Shown: piece by piece, positions 1 through 12,453 of the stretch
Layout: each line of letters begins with the position of its first letter
Numbering within the stretch: the stretch's first letter is position 1
From: Setoptus koraiensis
Lineage: Eukaryota; Animalia; Arthropoda
NCBI GenBank assembly: GCA_048013815.1
Contig: CM106586.1
Span: forward strand, 5,766,001-5,830,000
Length of the DNA stretch: 64,000 bases
Direction of reading: 5' to 3'
The notes under the pieces: model-generated
What the model saw: only the letters and a program-made list of their open reading frames with translations
What the model was told of the DNA's origin: nothing
The model's database searches: none
Made by a program: the position numbers and the translations under genes

Positions 1-1
1 G

Positions 2-1581
2 TGCAAGAAAACAAAAGTTCACGCAGCGGCTTACTTATTCGCCTTGCTTGACCCATTGATATTTCTCGATACATTCAAAATCGGCTTTTATCATTTAGAG
101 TTGTTCATGATGTCCGTTACGTGCCTACAAAACAGTCTATTGAGGATTAATCGCAACAACGTATTCAAGCGCTTGTCAGAGACTATCAAAATATTAGACA
201 GCCCATTCGAAGATTTCATCGATGAGTATCTGACTATACTTTTAACGTCCAACATAAAAAATATAGGTAATTCAATTAGTAAACAACAGACCCAAATGGA
301 ACAATTGAATAATCTGATAGACAGAAGCTATCGCGAAATGTTGGCGCCCAACATTCCGATGAGGCGATACTACCCGATGCTCAATTTAGATAACTCATTT
401 GATATCTCAGCTGGTGAAATTATCGCTGATCTATCGTGTTCGGGACACCACCACAATCACGTCAATTGTTTCAAGAACCAACCCGAACAAGTTTCCGACA
501 AATCAACAGAGAATAAAAGCCTGTTCGGTGGACAGGGTTGTCATGGTGTTTTTCAAAAAGCGAAATTGATAGCAGTATTAGTAGCACTTCAATGCACATT
601 TAATTTTGCAATAATGTGCATATATGTGACTACCTCAGAAAAAAATGACTGTGTGCTCAGTTTGGATGCGGTAGAAGGGACATTATTTTTGGCACTAAGA
701 TTTTTGGTATTGATTATATACTATATAGGCCCAGCTTTGTCCACGTTAATCAATGGATATTTATTTGTCTTTGTCATAATGTCACTATTTGCTAAAATGC
801 AATTGTTACAGAAGGTCATGAAACGTTATAGTGACGAAATAAGAGCTGTTGTAAATAACGGGGGACCGAAACTAGGATGTAAGACATATTATCATGACTC
901 GGTACATGTGAACTTAATCATTACTAATTTGTTAAGAATTAACAATTACCTTTTCTGGAAAACAGAATCATGTAATATGTTCTTGAGAACAGGTCTAACT
1001 TGTTTCTGTCTTTGGATGTTAATTAGTGTGATCGGTGCCTCCATTCACCTGATAAAATATTATTCTGTAATGAACATTTACGAGACGTCAATAAGCCTAG
1101 TATTTGTGAGCTTATATATCTCAACTGTTGCAACTCTTAATATAGCCGCCTCATTAAACAAGAAGGTAGGTTTAGTTTCGTCACAATCAACCAATTAACG
1201 TTCTGATTGAACATGCTAATGTCCTTATATCAATATTTAACATTCTTTCAAAATATTTAATAGATCGAATTGAACTATCACAGGTGGATGAGTTTGTACG
1301 CTGATCTGATTAAAGGAAGAAAGGTAACTTTAAGGGAGAATATCTACAAAAGTCTATCAGTATTCTACGATACAGCACCAACAGTGGGTATAGACACGGT
1401 TAATCGAATCACGAGAGCTAATCTGTTGATTGTAAGTTCCAAGCACCGATCCACTCAAACCAATCTTAAATCAACAATATAGTTTAATGCGAGCAACCGT
1501 CTATTTTCACTAATTGTGCATCTTCAGACGTTGTCGTGGATCTTTACTGGAGTGGCACTGGCATTCAGTTTCAGAGGATAG
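2..1581 (+). CDS. Divergent gustatory-receptor-like 7TM chemoreceptor, 5' end outside the window; exons <2..1165, 1264..1431, 1528..1581
   Basis: The frame is open from position 2. Two phase-0 GT-AG introns lie near the C-terminus: 1166-1263 (AAG|GTAGGT...TTAATAG) and 1432-1527 (ATT|GTAAGT...CACTAAT...CTTCAG). Splicing gives ...LNKK|IELNYHRW...NRITRANLLI|TLSWIFTGVALAFSFRG*. There are about 6-7 hydrophobic segments, and the last intron splits the final TM. C-terminal phase-0 introns are typical of arthropod GRs, but the TYhhhhhQF motif is degenerate here. Confidence 0.6.
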
Positions 1582-1928
1582 ATCGCTGATTAGGTTCAAC
1601 AAAAAAGAGAGCTGATAATTGCGAATCTATTTCAAGCGGACGAAACCCCGAGTGACAAGTTTGGAGGTCAGTCGGAAGCATCATCTTTTGTTTGACTCCT
1701 ATCTAAAGTATCAAAATTGTTTGTACAGTAGCTGACAGCAGTTGTTTTTGAGTCTTGTTATTACAAAATCATAAAACATTCGTTAATTTTGCACAGGTTT
1801 AGTAGAAGATACACCACTCAATCAGTTACAGCAATGTTTGCTGAAATACGATAAATCGCGTCCCCTCGATTTAAGAAATCGCTCAAGTCAGAATTCGGAT
1901 AATTGAACGGAGTCAAAATGTTCAAAAG

Positions 1929-2342
1929 TTATTTTGAAAAGTGTTTCTTTTTATCAAATTGAACAATTGCCAAAGTTACCGGCGTAGTTTCTTGTTCAAA
2001 CATATATTGCTGCGGTGTCGTTGCATCACCTGTCGAAGGAATGAAATTGCTAAATATCCCACGTAGGTCATCTTCACGATCAATCGCATTCATGGGTATA
2101 TCGCTTGGGTTTCTTGTGTAATTCTGATGCTGCCAACATTCTAATAACAAAAAGTGGTGAGCGTCCGATGGAACGAAGGGGATACCTGACTTTTTGTAGC
2201 AAGATCTATCGTTGAAACTTCCTTTTGTCTCTTCAGATTGATCCAATAGCCAATAGATCAACCCTGTTGCATCTGAATCGATCTTAACACTCTTCAGGTG
2301 TTGGCGGAGAAGAAAGAAAATATCAGAAGAGCCACACTGTAC
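1929..2342 (-). CDS. Orphan open frame (137 codons) with no 5' ATG; possible exon or decayed gene
   Basis: Stop-free from 2342 to the TAA at 1929. There is no start ATG near the 5' end and no recognisable domain. The same frame continues about 37 codons beyond the stop. Confidence 0.2.
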   Translation of the reverse strand, partial: VQCGSSDIFFLLRQHLKSVKIDSDATGLIYWLLDQSEETKGSFNDRSCYKKSGIPFVPSDAHHFLLLECWQHQNYTRNPSDIPMNAIDREDDLRGIFSNFIPSTGDATTPQQYMFEQETTPVTLAIVQFDKKKHFSK

Positions 2343-2482
2343 TTAAACACAAAAATCGTCCGCAGCAGTAATGGTTGACAATTATATATTCAACTACTCG
2401 TAGTGGCACTAGTATATTGCCTGGATAGAACCAGCGATCCTTACTAGTTACGGTTATTTTCCGCACTGGCGCAATCCATCTC

Positions 2483-3583
2483 TCAATGTAATCTGTTAAG
2501 TAGTTTACCTACACCCTTGTTGATCAAGGCTTTGACTCCATTTCGCGCTTTGTACTCGCAGAGAAGATCTCGGCTGATCTCTCTGAATGGCTCAGCCAAT
2601 TCAAAGCTCTTTGCCTCAATATCCTGGTTAGTAAACAAACCCGATGGAGGCGGTTTGGAGTTCTGGATTGACTCTAGATCATGGGACGCCATTCCATCAA
2701 ACAAAGCCTTTGGAAGTGTTGTCAAACCGCGGCAATATTGGATACTTCTGAGGAAGCGTCTGACTATTGGGCTATTCTTCAATCTGTTGTCTATCACATC
2801 GTTTTTGTCTCGGGCCCTGATACCGTAGCGACCTAAAAACTCAATGGGAAGGGTTGAGTTTTGCTCGTAACTCTCAATCAATTTGCAAGATCGCTTAAGA
2901 TTCAAAAAGTTTTCAATCTGTTCTTTGGTATCAAATGAAATTTTAATGCCACAGTCATGCTTCAATATTTCATTTCTCATCAGATTCTCTGGTAGATCAA
3001 CTGTGTGCGGGTAGGAACAATTTTTGAACATTTCACGAATAGTTTCATCTTTTTCCACAACATCCAAGCTTTGTCTAAGGGCCTCGTCTGATTGCTCCGC
3101 TTGCTTTAGTTTTGTTTCAAGGTTTCTTTTGCAGGTTATAATAGCCTGGCCGAATATCAACGAAGTTAATCGAAGCAATCCATGGTCTATTTTGTTTTGT
3201 TTGCATCGACTTTCATATCTGATTAGCCGCCGGTGAAAGTTATACACTAGCATGATGAAAGGCTCTTCGCACACAGAATGATATGTTGGCAATATATGAA
3301 CAATTTCTTCCATAGCTTCCACATCTTCTATACCTTTATTACTGTTCATACAGTCGTTGATGAGTTCGAGAGTTGCCTCGCTGTTTAGATCCGGTGTTTG
3401 TTCCAACTCCTTTGCAAATTTTATGAATTTTGACACCGAGTCGAGAGATTTTACTCTTTTGCGGCAGAGTGACCTCGATGATGTCCATAGTTTTCCCTTA
3501 CCATACCCAGCCGAATTGACAGGCAGGAAAACACCGACTACGCTGACGATCAGTAACAAGGATGACGCTTGTTGTACTGACAT
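2483..3583 (-). CDS. Intronless secreted protein of unknown function, 366 aa
   Basis: True ATG at 3583 and a long stop-free frame. It has a signal-peptide-like N-terminus (MSVQQASSLLLIVSVVGVFLPVNSA), 10 Cys, no other TM segment and no family motif that I recognise. Confidence 0.75.
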   Translation of the reverse strand: MSVQQASSLLLIVSVVGVFLPVNSAGYGKGKLWTSSRSLCRKRVKSLDSVSKFIKFAKELEQTPDLNSEATLELINDCMNSNKGIEDVEAMEEIVHILPTYHSVCEEPFIMLVYNFHRRLIRYESRCKQNKIDHGLLRLTSLIFGQAIITCKRNLETKLKQAEQSDEALRQSLDVVEKDETIREMFKNCSYPHTVDLPENLMRNEILKHDCGIKISFDTKEQIENFLNLKRSCKLIESYEQNSTLPIEFLGRYGIRARDKNDVIDNRLKNSPIVRRFLRSIQYCRGLTTLPKALFDGMASHDLESIQNSKPPPSGLFTNQDIEAKSFELAEPFREISRDLLCEYKARNGVKALINKGVGKLLNRLH

Positions 3584-6081
3584 CTCAATCTAAATTTGTA
3601 TCTCGAAAATTGTTGAAAACTCGATCCGATGAGTCTTGCAGTTCGGTCTAATTTAAACAAAATCTCTGAAATATTTGTAATCTTTAGTCAAGCGCCACTT
3701 CTATTTATATCAGGTCGAAACATTTTATACAAAAAAGCCATATGGAGAATGTTCTATTTTTGCATCGCAATATTATCGGGACATTCGAAGAAGACAAGTT
3801 GCAAGAGTTAGAATTTTTCAGTCCGGATATTTTTTTCTTTCTGAAACAAGTGAGGTTGTTTCTCGAAAATAAAGTGTTTTCGCTTTTGTTGGACCTGAGA
3901 TTGGATTTTTTTTTTTGACAGCTACCAATAATTTTTGGTTTATTTCGAGCCACAGTTGCAAGTAGCAAGGGGATAGCGCACGTTCAACGGATGTGTGTAT
4001 GATAGAACTGAGCAATAATTGCTTTGCTTTATTTTGCTTGCAATTGACATATGATTTGCCTAATAGTGACTTAAGCTATCTCTATGGCGTCCATTGCCTC
4101 AAGTTACATGGAGATACATGCTCGAAATAGATGCTGACAGGAATATTCAACATTTAACAGAGAGCGAGTGTTAATTATGATTAGTGTCTGATCAAAAATA
4201 AAAGTGGTAAAGTTAAGACCATTTTTGGTGATAGTTATACAGTGTATGGAGCTGACAAAGGATGACAGAACTGTATCACTGTCTTTAAAATCTGATCATT
4301 GTCCTGCTTTACTGGATGCCAATGCTATAAAATAAAACAAAATTCTCAAACATAGCTTACACATACTAAGCAAAGTCGGGTTTTGAAAACCAATGGCTTC
4401 ATTCTGATCTCATTATTCCCAAAATCATGAATATTGACAAATAATCCTTGAGAATGCAGCAAACAGCACCAAATTTTATCCGAAAATACAAATAAAAGTG
4501 TATCTTGTCGTTTTTTCTTTAGACAAATGACAGATCGTGCCAGAATGGCTTGTGCTTTTGTTTTGTTCAGTTGTGGAATCCATGACTGATGACACTACTT
4601 TACTTAAGGTAAAGTTACATGATGATACATAGTTACATGAGTAGTTTATAAATACATTATTATGGTGAAGCTGAAGACTGTTTGAAAAACAAGTCACTCT
4701 CACATTGCAATATCCTGATTATCGTTAGCACTGGTCACGATGCCAACAAGAAGTGGTCTCAGTTTGGGCAACAGCCATTGTAGGTATCCAGCATCTAATA
4801 GTGGTCCTTTATAAATTAGTTATTTATTGTTGACTTTGTGTTCCCTTCGTGAGTTTTCCTCTATAGTCACTGGAGCCGAGGCCACAAGTCTGTCAAAGTA
4901 TTTTCTTAAATTGATTTTAAATCGTTTCCAACTAGCGACTAGCTCTACTGTCTGAGATTGCATGTTGCTCATTGACTTGCTATCATTATTAGTAGTATTA
5001 GGGGACATGCACACTTCCGATTCGAAGTGAGAGTGATTGTTACCACTCAATTTCCAATACATCGTGGGACATTCTCAACCTGCAATGGTCAAGGTAGTTA
5101 TTTCCTGTCAGAAAGACTAGCTGGTCACTCATTTTAAATGTCAATACAAAACTAAAACATTTTCTTGTTTCATGTTTTTACAGCAAGACCGACAGCACAC
5201 AAGCAGTTTGGTGACAAAATAAGTTTGTCCTTGCGGACTGGATGTCGTTCGGTTCTGATAGATGGTTGAATGCGAACGGTTTGCTTGCCAACTGACACTT
5301 GCATGTTAGCATCCTACAGGTGATTGTGCATAGCGTCATGTACTTTGACAACGTCTTACAGCTGAGACGATGTAGAAATCCAAGTGAATGTAGCTGCAAT
5401 TACACAACTTCTCCATCCATCAATATTGTCAGAGTTGCTAATCAATTGTCGTTAGTAGCTGTTAGTTTTGCTCCAGCTGATACTGTTACTGTGGCTGCCG
5501 CTGCTGCTTCTTTTGGCCTTTGTTTTGATTTGTTGGGCAATTCATTGAGGTTGTTTGTAATGGCTTCTTGAATTATCCTTGCAATCAATCCGGTTATGGC
5601 CGGCGTTGTTGTTGGTGTGGCGCGTTTGTGAACGTTCAACTGCGGCATAACTTTCAACAATTGCAACCGACTCCTACAGTGATACTTAATAAGATGAATG
5701 AATGGCGTTATCTTGTAGAGACAAATACTGACTGTGGTTGACGTTGCGATTCTGTGCATTTGGCCAGGCACCAACAACAACTCTGTCTATCGATGATGGA
5801 ATACATACATACTGCCGCACTGTTATATCCACATGTATCCACGGAGTCATTCCACTACAGCATACAAACAACATGACCTGTTAGCTGTGAGTGAAAGGGC
5901 TCGAACTCAATGACTTGATTGGTCGAGTCATTATTATCATCATTACCGTCGTGGCCTGTGTATTGTGGTCAGCCACCGGTAAATATCTTGTCTGACTAGC
6001 CCGTCTGCAAGTCAGCAGGCCAGAGAACAATAAATACTAGCAACAGATGTTAAAATAGCCGTATTCTATAGCTCATCACAA

Positions 6082-9000
6082 TTATAAAAGATCATCATGG
6101 ATTCCATCTAGTATATTAATATCATTGTTCTCTGATAGTAAATGATGATGATGGTGCGGAATTGGTGTTTCAATTGACGATGACCAATGATGGTCCACAA
6201 GAGCACTGTATTTATTTGTTGTTGTTTGAGCTGTTGTTGCAAGTGTTTCATGTCGACTAGCAGCAGCAACAGAGGTGTCTTCGTAATAATCATACATCCC
6301 ACCGTAATCATCATAACCGTGATGTCCGAAAGGTTGTTGTGATTCGAGCTTAATGAGATCGGCAGCGCGTTCTGCAATCATTATAACGGGTGCGTTTGTG
6401 TTCGAGGATATAATTGTTGGCATTATCGAGGCATCGACCACTCTCAAACCTTTAACGCCGCCTCGAACTTTGAGCGAAACGTCAACCACACCAGTGGGGT
6501 CTAAGTCGTTTTGTGTCATCTTACAAGTGCCCACTGGATGATATATTGTCCATGTCAGTGTTCTGGCTACACATTCTAGATAGGAATCAGCAAGATAGGA
6601 ATAGTGTTCGCAACCTGGCACCAAATGATTAAACAATTTAGATCCAAAACGTTCAACGAATGGCCTGGACGTTCCAATTGCAATGGCTATCTTCATGCCC
6701 TCGATAATGGTCTTAACATCGTGCGGATGACTTAAGTAACGTGGATCAATAAGCGGGTGCTCATATGGATTTCTTGAGCGCAATTTGAGATAACCGCGAC
6801 TCTTCGGACGCAACAGCACTGGATCTATGGAGAAACTTGACGTTCTCATGTACTTCTCATAGTAGGGCCATATCTATAGTTGTGTTCGATTGAATGTCAG
6901 CAATATTTTTGTACGTGTTAGCGAACTACAGAAACAACTAATATCAACGAGCAGTCTAATTTTGTTGTCACATCAGCTACTCACCCTGTTCGACAGGCCC
7001 GCCAACTGCTTGAAGTATCTGCCGCCGTCGGCCACCACATCGGCGGGAATGAAATGCATCTCGATATCGGGCCAGTCTACAGTATCATTGGTGTATTTCG
7101 TATTGACGAATGCCAGACCGTCAACACCAGTGGATGAGAGAGGACCTGCGCACGAACATGATGATTTAAACACAATCAATTAGTTAATCATTTAGTTTAT
7201 GTTTTGTTGAGTGGCGTGAGTGACAATTATGACATCAATTTGCACAAGGTGAATACTTACCACGTCCCTTTATGAAATACTTGAGCATATTTGATGGCGT
7301 AAATATTCTTCTAGTTGTAAGTGTGACAGGCCTATTTATAGTGAAATGAATTCCACCAGGGTATATGTGATCCTGGAGGTTGTGCCCAACAGGTAAATCG
7401 GCCACCAACGGTATGCCAAGCTGACGAAGATGCTCTCTCGGACCAACCCCTGACAGCATAAGTAATTGTGGTGAATTGATTGCTCCGCCAGATAGAATTA
7501 TCTCTCGTCTGGCGTAAACAAGTTTACTCAATTTGAAGCGATCAAATTGAACACCAATCGCCCGCTTGTCGTGATTAAATAGTATCTAAGTAAACAGAAC
7601 ATAATCATAATAATAATGGAAAGCAATAGGGGGTTAATTCAATGCGAATTGTTGTTTTGTTTGTTGCGGCCAGCACAATGGACTAATCGAATTGTTGCAC
7701 CCCAAGACTTCATCGATCACTTTCGACGTTCGTCAGCGAGTTCACATGTGGTAGATAAATTGGAATTGGCCTCCCTCTGCAAGCTTCGCTAATTTTGGTC
7801 ACGGGTCGTCTTCGGCGTCATTATGATGGAAGCGCCTGCAATATTGTTATAGTTGAGTCAATTGTGTATATGGGCTCATTTATCATCCGTCAATGACATA
7901 CTACAATGGTACAAATACGGTTATATTTCCACTTGGAACAACAGCATAATTATAATTGCACTATCCTCGTTAGATCCGGTCATGTTTATCATGCGATCAT
8001 TGACCGCAGTTAAAAATACAATTCATGCATTCACTGACTTCACTAGAGCCAATCTGGCTTCTGGTCTGTCCAATTGTCTCGCGAATTTTTTGTTTGAATC
8101 GGGCGCCACGATCAGGCCGTGGGTGAAAGTTCGCGCCCCTCGGTGAACTGTGAACCAATAAAAAAATGAGCCGTTGCATTTCGCAGCGGCTCATTTGCTG
8201 TTGTTTGTGCCTAGCCCCACATTACGCCGTATGTGTGTCGCACAGTGTGTGTGCGTGTGTGTGTGCACCGGAAAGGATTGTTCTAGATTAATGCGAACAT
8301 TATGCGGTGATCGGCCCACTGTGCGCATTCTCATGGCGCGCACCATCATCCGCTAACTTCCCAAATAACAAAGGACAATTCTTGAGAAAGTGCACGCACT
8401 AAAAGGGAGATGCCCTCACCGATGCACCGAGTATCTGTGTCTCGTTGTGTAAATTACACTTGCAAAGGCACAAATTCAATTCCGCAATCCAGCAAAAACT
8501 ATGAGCACAAGTATACAAAATATATCTAGCAACATGCACACGTAATATGACGTAATTTCCGTAATCTTAGAGACATAATGACATAACATAACCTCTGGAG
8601 ATGAAGATCCTTTGGCGAATAATCTTCCCAGGATAACATTGCCAATGCAGGGATCAAATTGCAAGAACGAGGAACAAGAAAACGACGACGAGGATGATAC
8701 TATTGCGAGTTGCAACAAACGATTTGTAGTGCCTGGCGCGGTCAGCAACAATTGTGCGCTTGTTCCAGCGATGGTCTCAGCTGACGAGTGAGAGTTATAT
8801 AAGCAGCTCGTGCTGTGGTTACATGATGAGAGCACTGGAGCAAGATACTACCGGCCAGCGCCATCATTACGCCATGCACTATGTGTAATTCAACAGGTAA
8901 CATGAGAGAAATGGATCGGGCAAGATGGGAGCAACACAATAATCAAGTGCACTGCATACATAACCAAATGGAATGCATAACGAAACAAGGACGATGCAAT

Positions 9001-12000
9001 ATCAGTCAGCTCGGCAGGTTAGGTACGCAGGGTATGTAATGAACTGCCGAGGCTAATCAAATCGAATTGCACAGCCAACCAACAGCGGCTATACATAGCT
9101 TGTTACACATCTCGGCTGTTTGGTGCCGTGTGGTTAGCTTGAGATTCTAAATGCGGCTTCGCCTCTGCCGCATATATTATGCAAGAAAATGGCTACACAA
9201 TAGAACAATGGACACCACCATCACACCATCCAATCAGCGGGCCAACTGGGTTAGTGTATTAATAACCCACGCGCGAATGGGTCTATTAGCTGAAATCAAA
9301 CTGGTGTGTATATTGATTTAATTAGCCCTCTCTCTCTCTCTCTCTCTCTCTCGCTCCAGAACAGTCTCCTATGGATCGTCGAGGCGTCGAAGGACTCACC
9401 ATCGAAATATGCCAATGATTCTATCCCATCCAATCAACGAAAGTAATCCTCCTCACATCGATTATGTTGTTCTAAGTACTACATTATAAGTCTACCGGAT
9501 ATCGTTACGCTCGTCAGTTAGAACCATGCAAGGCTGTACAAATACTTGCAAATGAGCTGATGAATACCACTGCAATAGAAAGTTAGTTACCAATACTAAA
9601 ATCTTTTGACAGGTTGTAATGAACCATCATCAATGCAGCATAAGTATTGTGTCTACTAACTACGACTATAATGCTGATACCAATCAGTGCATATGTGATG
9701 GTCATACAAGTGTTCTGCTGTTATACAAGCTTAAAACTACTCGCTTATTTCAACATTCCTCTTCTGAATGATTCCACTAATAGCCACAAACAAATCGAGA
9801 ATGTGGTCAGCGAAAAAGTCAAAGGCTACATATCAGAACCGTAGAACAGCGAGCTGCTGAACCGACGAATCACCAGTCATATACAGACTATTGTGAGTAG
9901 ATTGTCTCAATCGGCAAATCATTTCCCACCCATCTCACAACCACTTCACTGGAAGCGCCGCCACTATCACGAAGGTGGTTTGAAGGCTTTCAGCTGTTTC
10001 ACTGTCCATGCCATTGTTATTGACGTTCTACAACTAATTATAGTTCAGCAGAACCAACTACACTTGCATTTACACACACGGAACGATGACTTGTTTTGAA
10101 GAAACAAATTGATCGTCTGTTTCTCATCAACACATCGTCATTTCCCGATTCTTGGCGATGCTTCGCGAAGTTTGTAAATAGAAACTGAAAGTGATTTCGC
10201 CAGCTTGCGTCCTTACTCCAATCAAAGTGGCTTCACATTTGTTATAATGCTAGACTAATAGAAAAACAATTCAGTTTATAAGGGGTGAAAACGTCTTAAT
10301 ATGTGAGAATTCTCCTACATAACATAATGATGATAGAACGTGAACCTCGGCCAAGAACACTCTGATCGATTGACTGTGTCCCAAAAAGCTGTTAATGCTT
10401 TAATTAGCGGCATATTAAACAATTAGCAGCACTTTCAGAGACAAAACAGACTGGCGAATTGTATTGCTAGCGGGTAGCATTTTTCTATAGGCAGAACAAC
10501 AACCATCGCCAACAACTTTCTGATGGAGCATCATAATCAATATTTCCACGCCTCGGCGATCGTGGTGATCATCAAACTTTATTCTATACTCTGTAATTTG
10601 TTTTAGAAAGTTTGTTTATCTATAGCGGGCTCTTGTTCAATCAGTCACCAATTTTTAGAGCTTATAACATAACCGATCATGATCCATGGCGTGACGTTCT
10701 TTTAGCAAGTGCACGCCGCTGTGATGTGACAAAAATAACATGAAATGAACGTCAGAGAAAGCAAGAGAAGTGAAACACGACAGCTTCTTAGTGCTACAAT
10801 ACTCTTTACTGTTATCTCATGTTATGCAATACCACTATTGGTCATTATTGTAGCGCCATTATCGGCAATGACCGGACAAACTGATCGGCAGAATAGACCA
10901 ATGGTCAGACTAACATACACATTTCTGGGCATCTTCTGAAATTATTGGATCGTTGTCTTGGAACTGGCCAAGTTAAAATGACAAGGATCATAGGACAACA
11001 CAATATGTGTCATGCATGTACTCTTTGGGCAGTTACGCTAAACTCACCTTTGTAACCATTGCAAATGTTAGTATATCCAGATTTGGCCGTTTATGTACAG
11101 GATATAGGAATGCTTTGGCTGTAGAGCAACGAGCTCCGAATCTATTAGTAGTTTGTGGCACAGCGAAACCTGTTAGAATATTGGACAAGAGAGAAAGAAC
11201 GAGAGTAAGGGAGAGTAAGTGAGTTGCTACTAAGTTGATAACAACAACAAAAAGGGAGTAGCATCATATAGTCGCGTAGTTAATATCATGAACGAATGAA
11301 TGGATCCGAGCAAACGCGGTCACACAATTTCGAACTTAGGATCGCAACTTGTCAAATAAGAACCGCCACGGTTACATCATATCCACAATACCGGCAAAGA
11401 CAATGCTCATTAAAAATCGATGATAATTTTAATCGAATACAAACAGTCGAGAAGAGAATAGTTGCGCGAAATGGCGAGAGAGAAAGTCTCTTGAATAGCC
11501 CACTCACCTGACTGAATTGGTCCATTCAAATCGTTTATTGGTGGGTAGCCCAAATGGCGGCCCGCTTCAACGAAAGTGTGACCTAATGGCGTTACATATG
11601 GCGTCCTACTTACTGATAAATATCCATTTCGACCATGAAAGCCTGACATTGAATATTGGAATTGTACGGATGATAAGATACGTTTTACACATGATCAATT
11701 TATGTTCGTATGAAGGAGACAAATTTTGCTACATGTAAACGTTTCGCAGCATCCATATCGCACAACCTTGAACTCCATTGGAGCACAAAAAAGAAGAGGA
11801 GGTTGAAACTGAAAGCTACCGCTTAAGGATACTCACCATTAGTGGCTATGTCATGGTCGCCATTGTCTTCAGACTTTAAAAAATAGGGAAAAACGTCTGA
11901 CCAGTGCCAACCTTTTGGCCAATTATCGTAATCATTGGGATTACCTCGAGCGTATAACATAACATTGAGAACACTAGTGCCACCTAACACTCTACCTCGC

Positions 12001-12453
12001 GGCCAAAAACTGCGTCTTTGATTGAGACCAAAACAAGCATGGGCCTGGGGTTGAGTATGGTAGGCCCAATCCATAGCGGATTTTTGTAAGAATTGATATG
12101 CCAACGGAATCTCACTAATTATGTTCTCACTTCCACCAGCCTCTAAAAGTAAGACGCTAACGTGCGGATCTTCACTGAGCCGATTAGCCAAAACTGAGCC
12201 GGCGGAACCAGAGCCAACTTGATCATTACAATTAAAGCGTGAATTAGGCAAAATTGGGTTAGAATGAGAACTTTGGTGATGTTGTTAGCAAACGTTATGA
12301 ATCAATTGTCTATTTACCTATAATGTAGTCATATTCTCGTTGCCAGGAGTGAGCGGATAGTGTCGCCGGCTTCTTAACAATGTGCTTATGCAATGTCATG
12401 AGTGTCATTAGTGGCAGAGTTAGCGCTGACAATTTGGCTAAAGTTGTGAACAT
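6082..12453 (-). CDS. GMC oxidoreductase (glucose dehydrogenase [FAD, quinone]-like), 683 aa; exons 12453-12318, 12217-11837, 11642-11508, 11169-11048, 7585-7261, 7145-6985, 6873-6082
   Basis: Motifs: YDYIIVGSGSAG (FAD binding), WPRGRVLGGTSVLN, GARCSTAKAFL, IILSGGAINSPQLLMLSG, VGHNLQDH, YHPVGTCKM, LRVVDASIMP and NTNAPVIMIAERAADLI. All six introns are GT-AG with consistent phases, and the 2052 nt total is a multiple of 3. An AG|GTGAGT donor at 13284 may mark a 5'UTR exon. Confidence 0.95.
9328..9352. repeat. (CT)n microsatellite in GMC intron 4
   Basis: Uninterrupted CT dinucleotide run. Confidence 0.95.

Noticed and set aside
4380-5780. Chain of short minus-strand ORFs that might be a decayed transposase or gene
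   Set aside because: No recognisable DDE, RT or other motif, no terminal repeats and several stops; cannot be supported without a database search
9121-9145. Partial matches to miR-34 here, and to miR-124 (about 32545) and miR-184 (about 50450)
   Set aside because: Seed or 3' mismatches and no proper precursor hairpins
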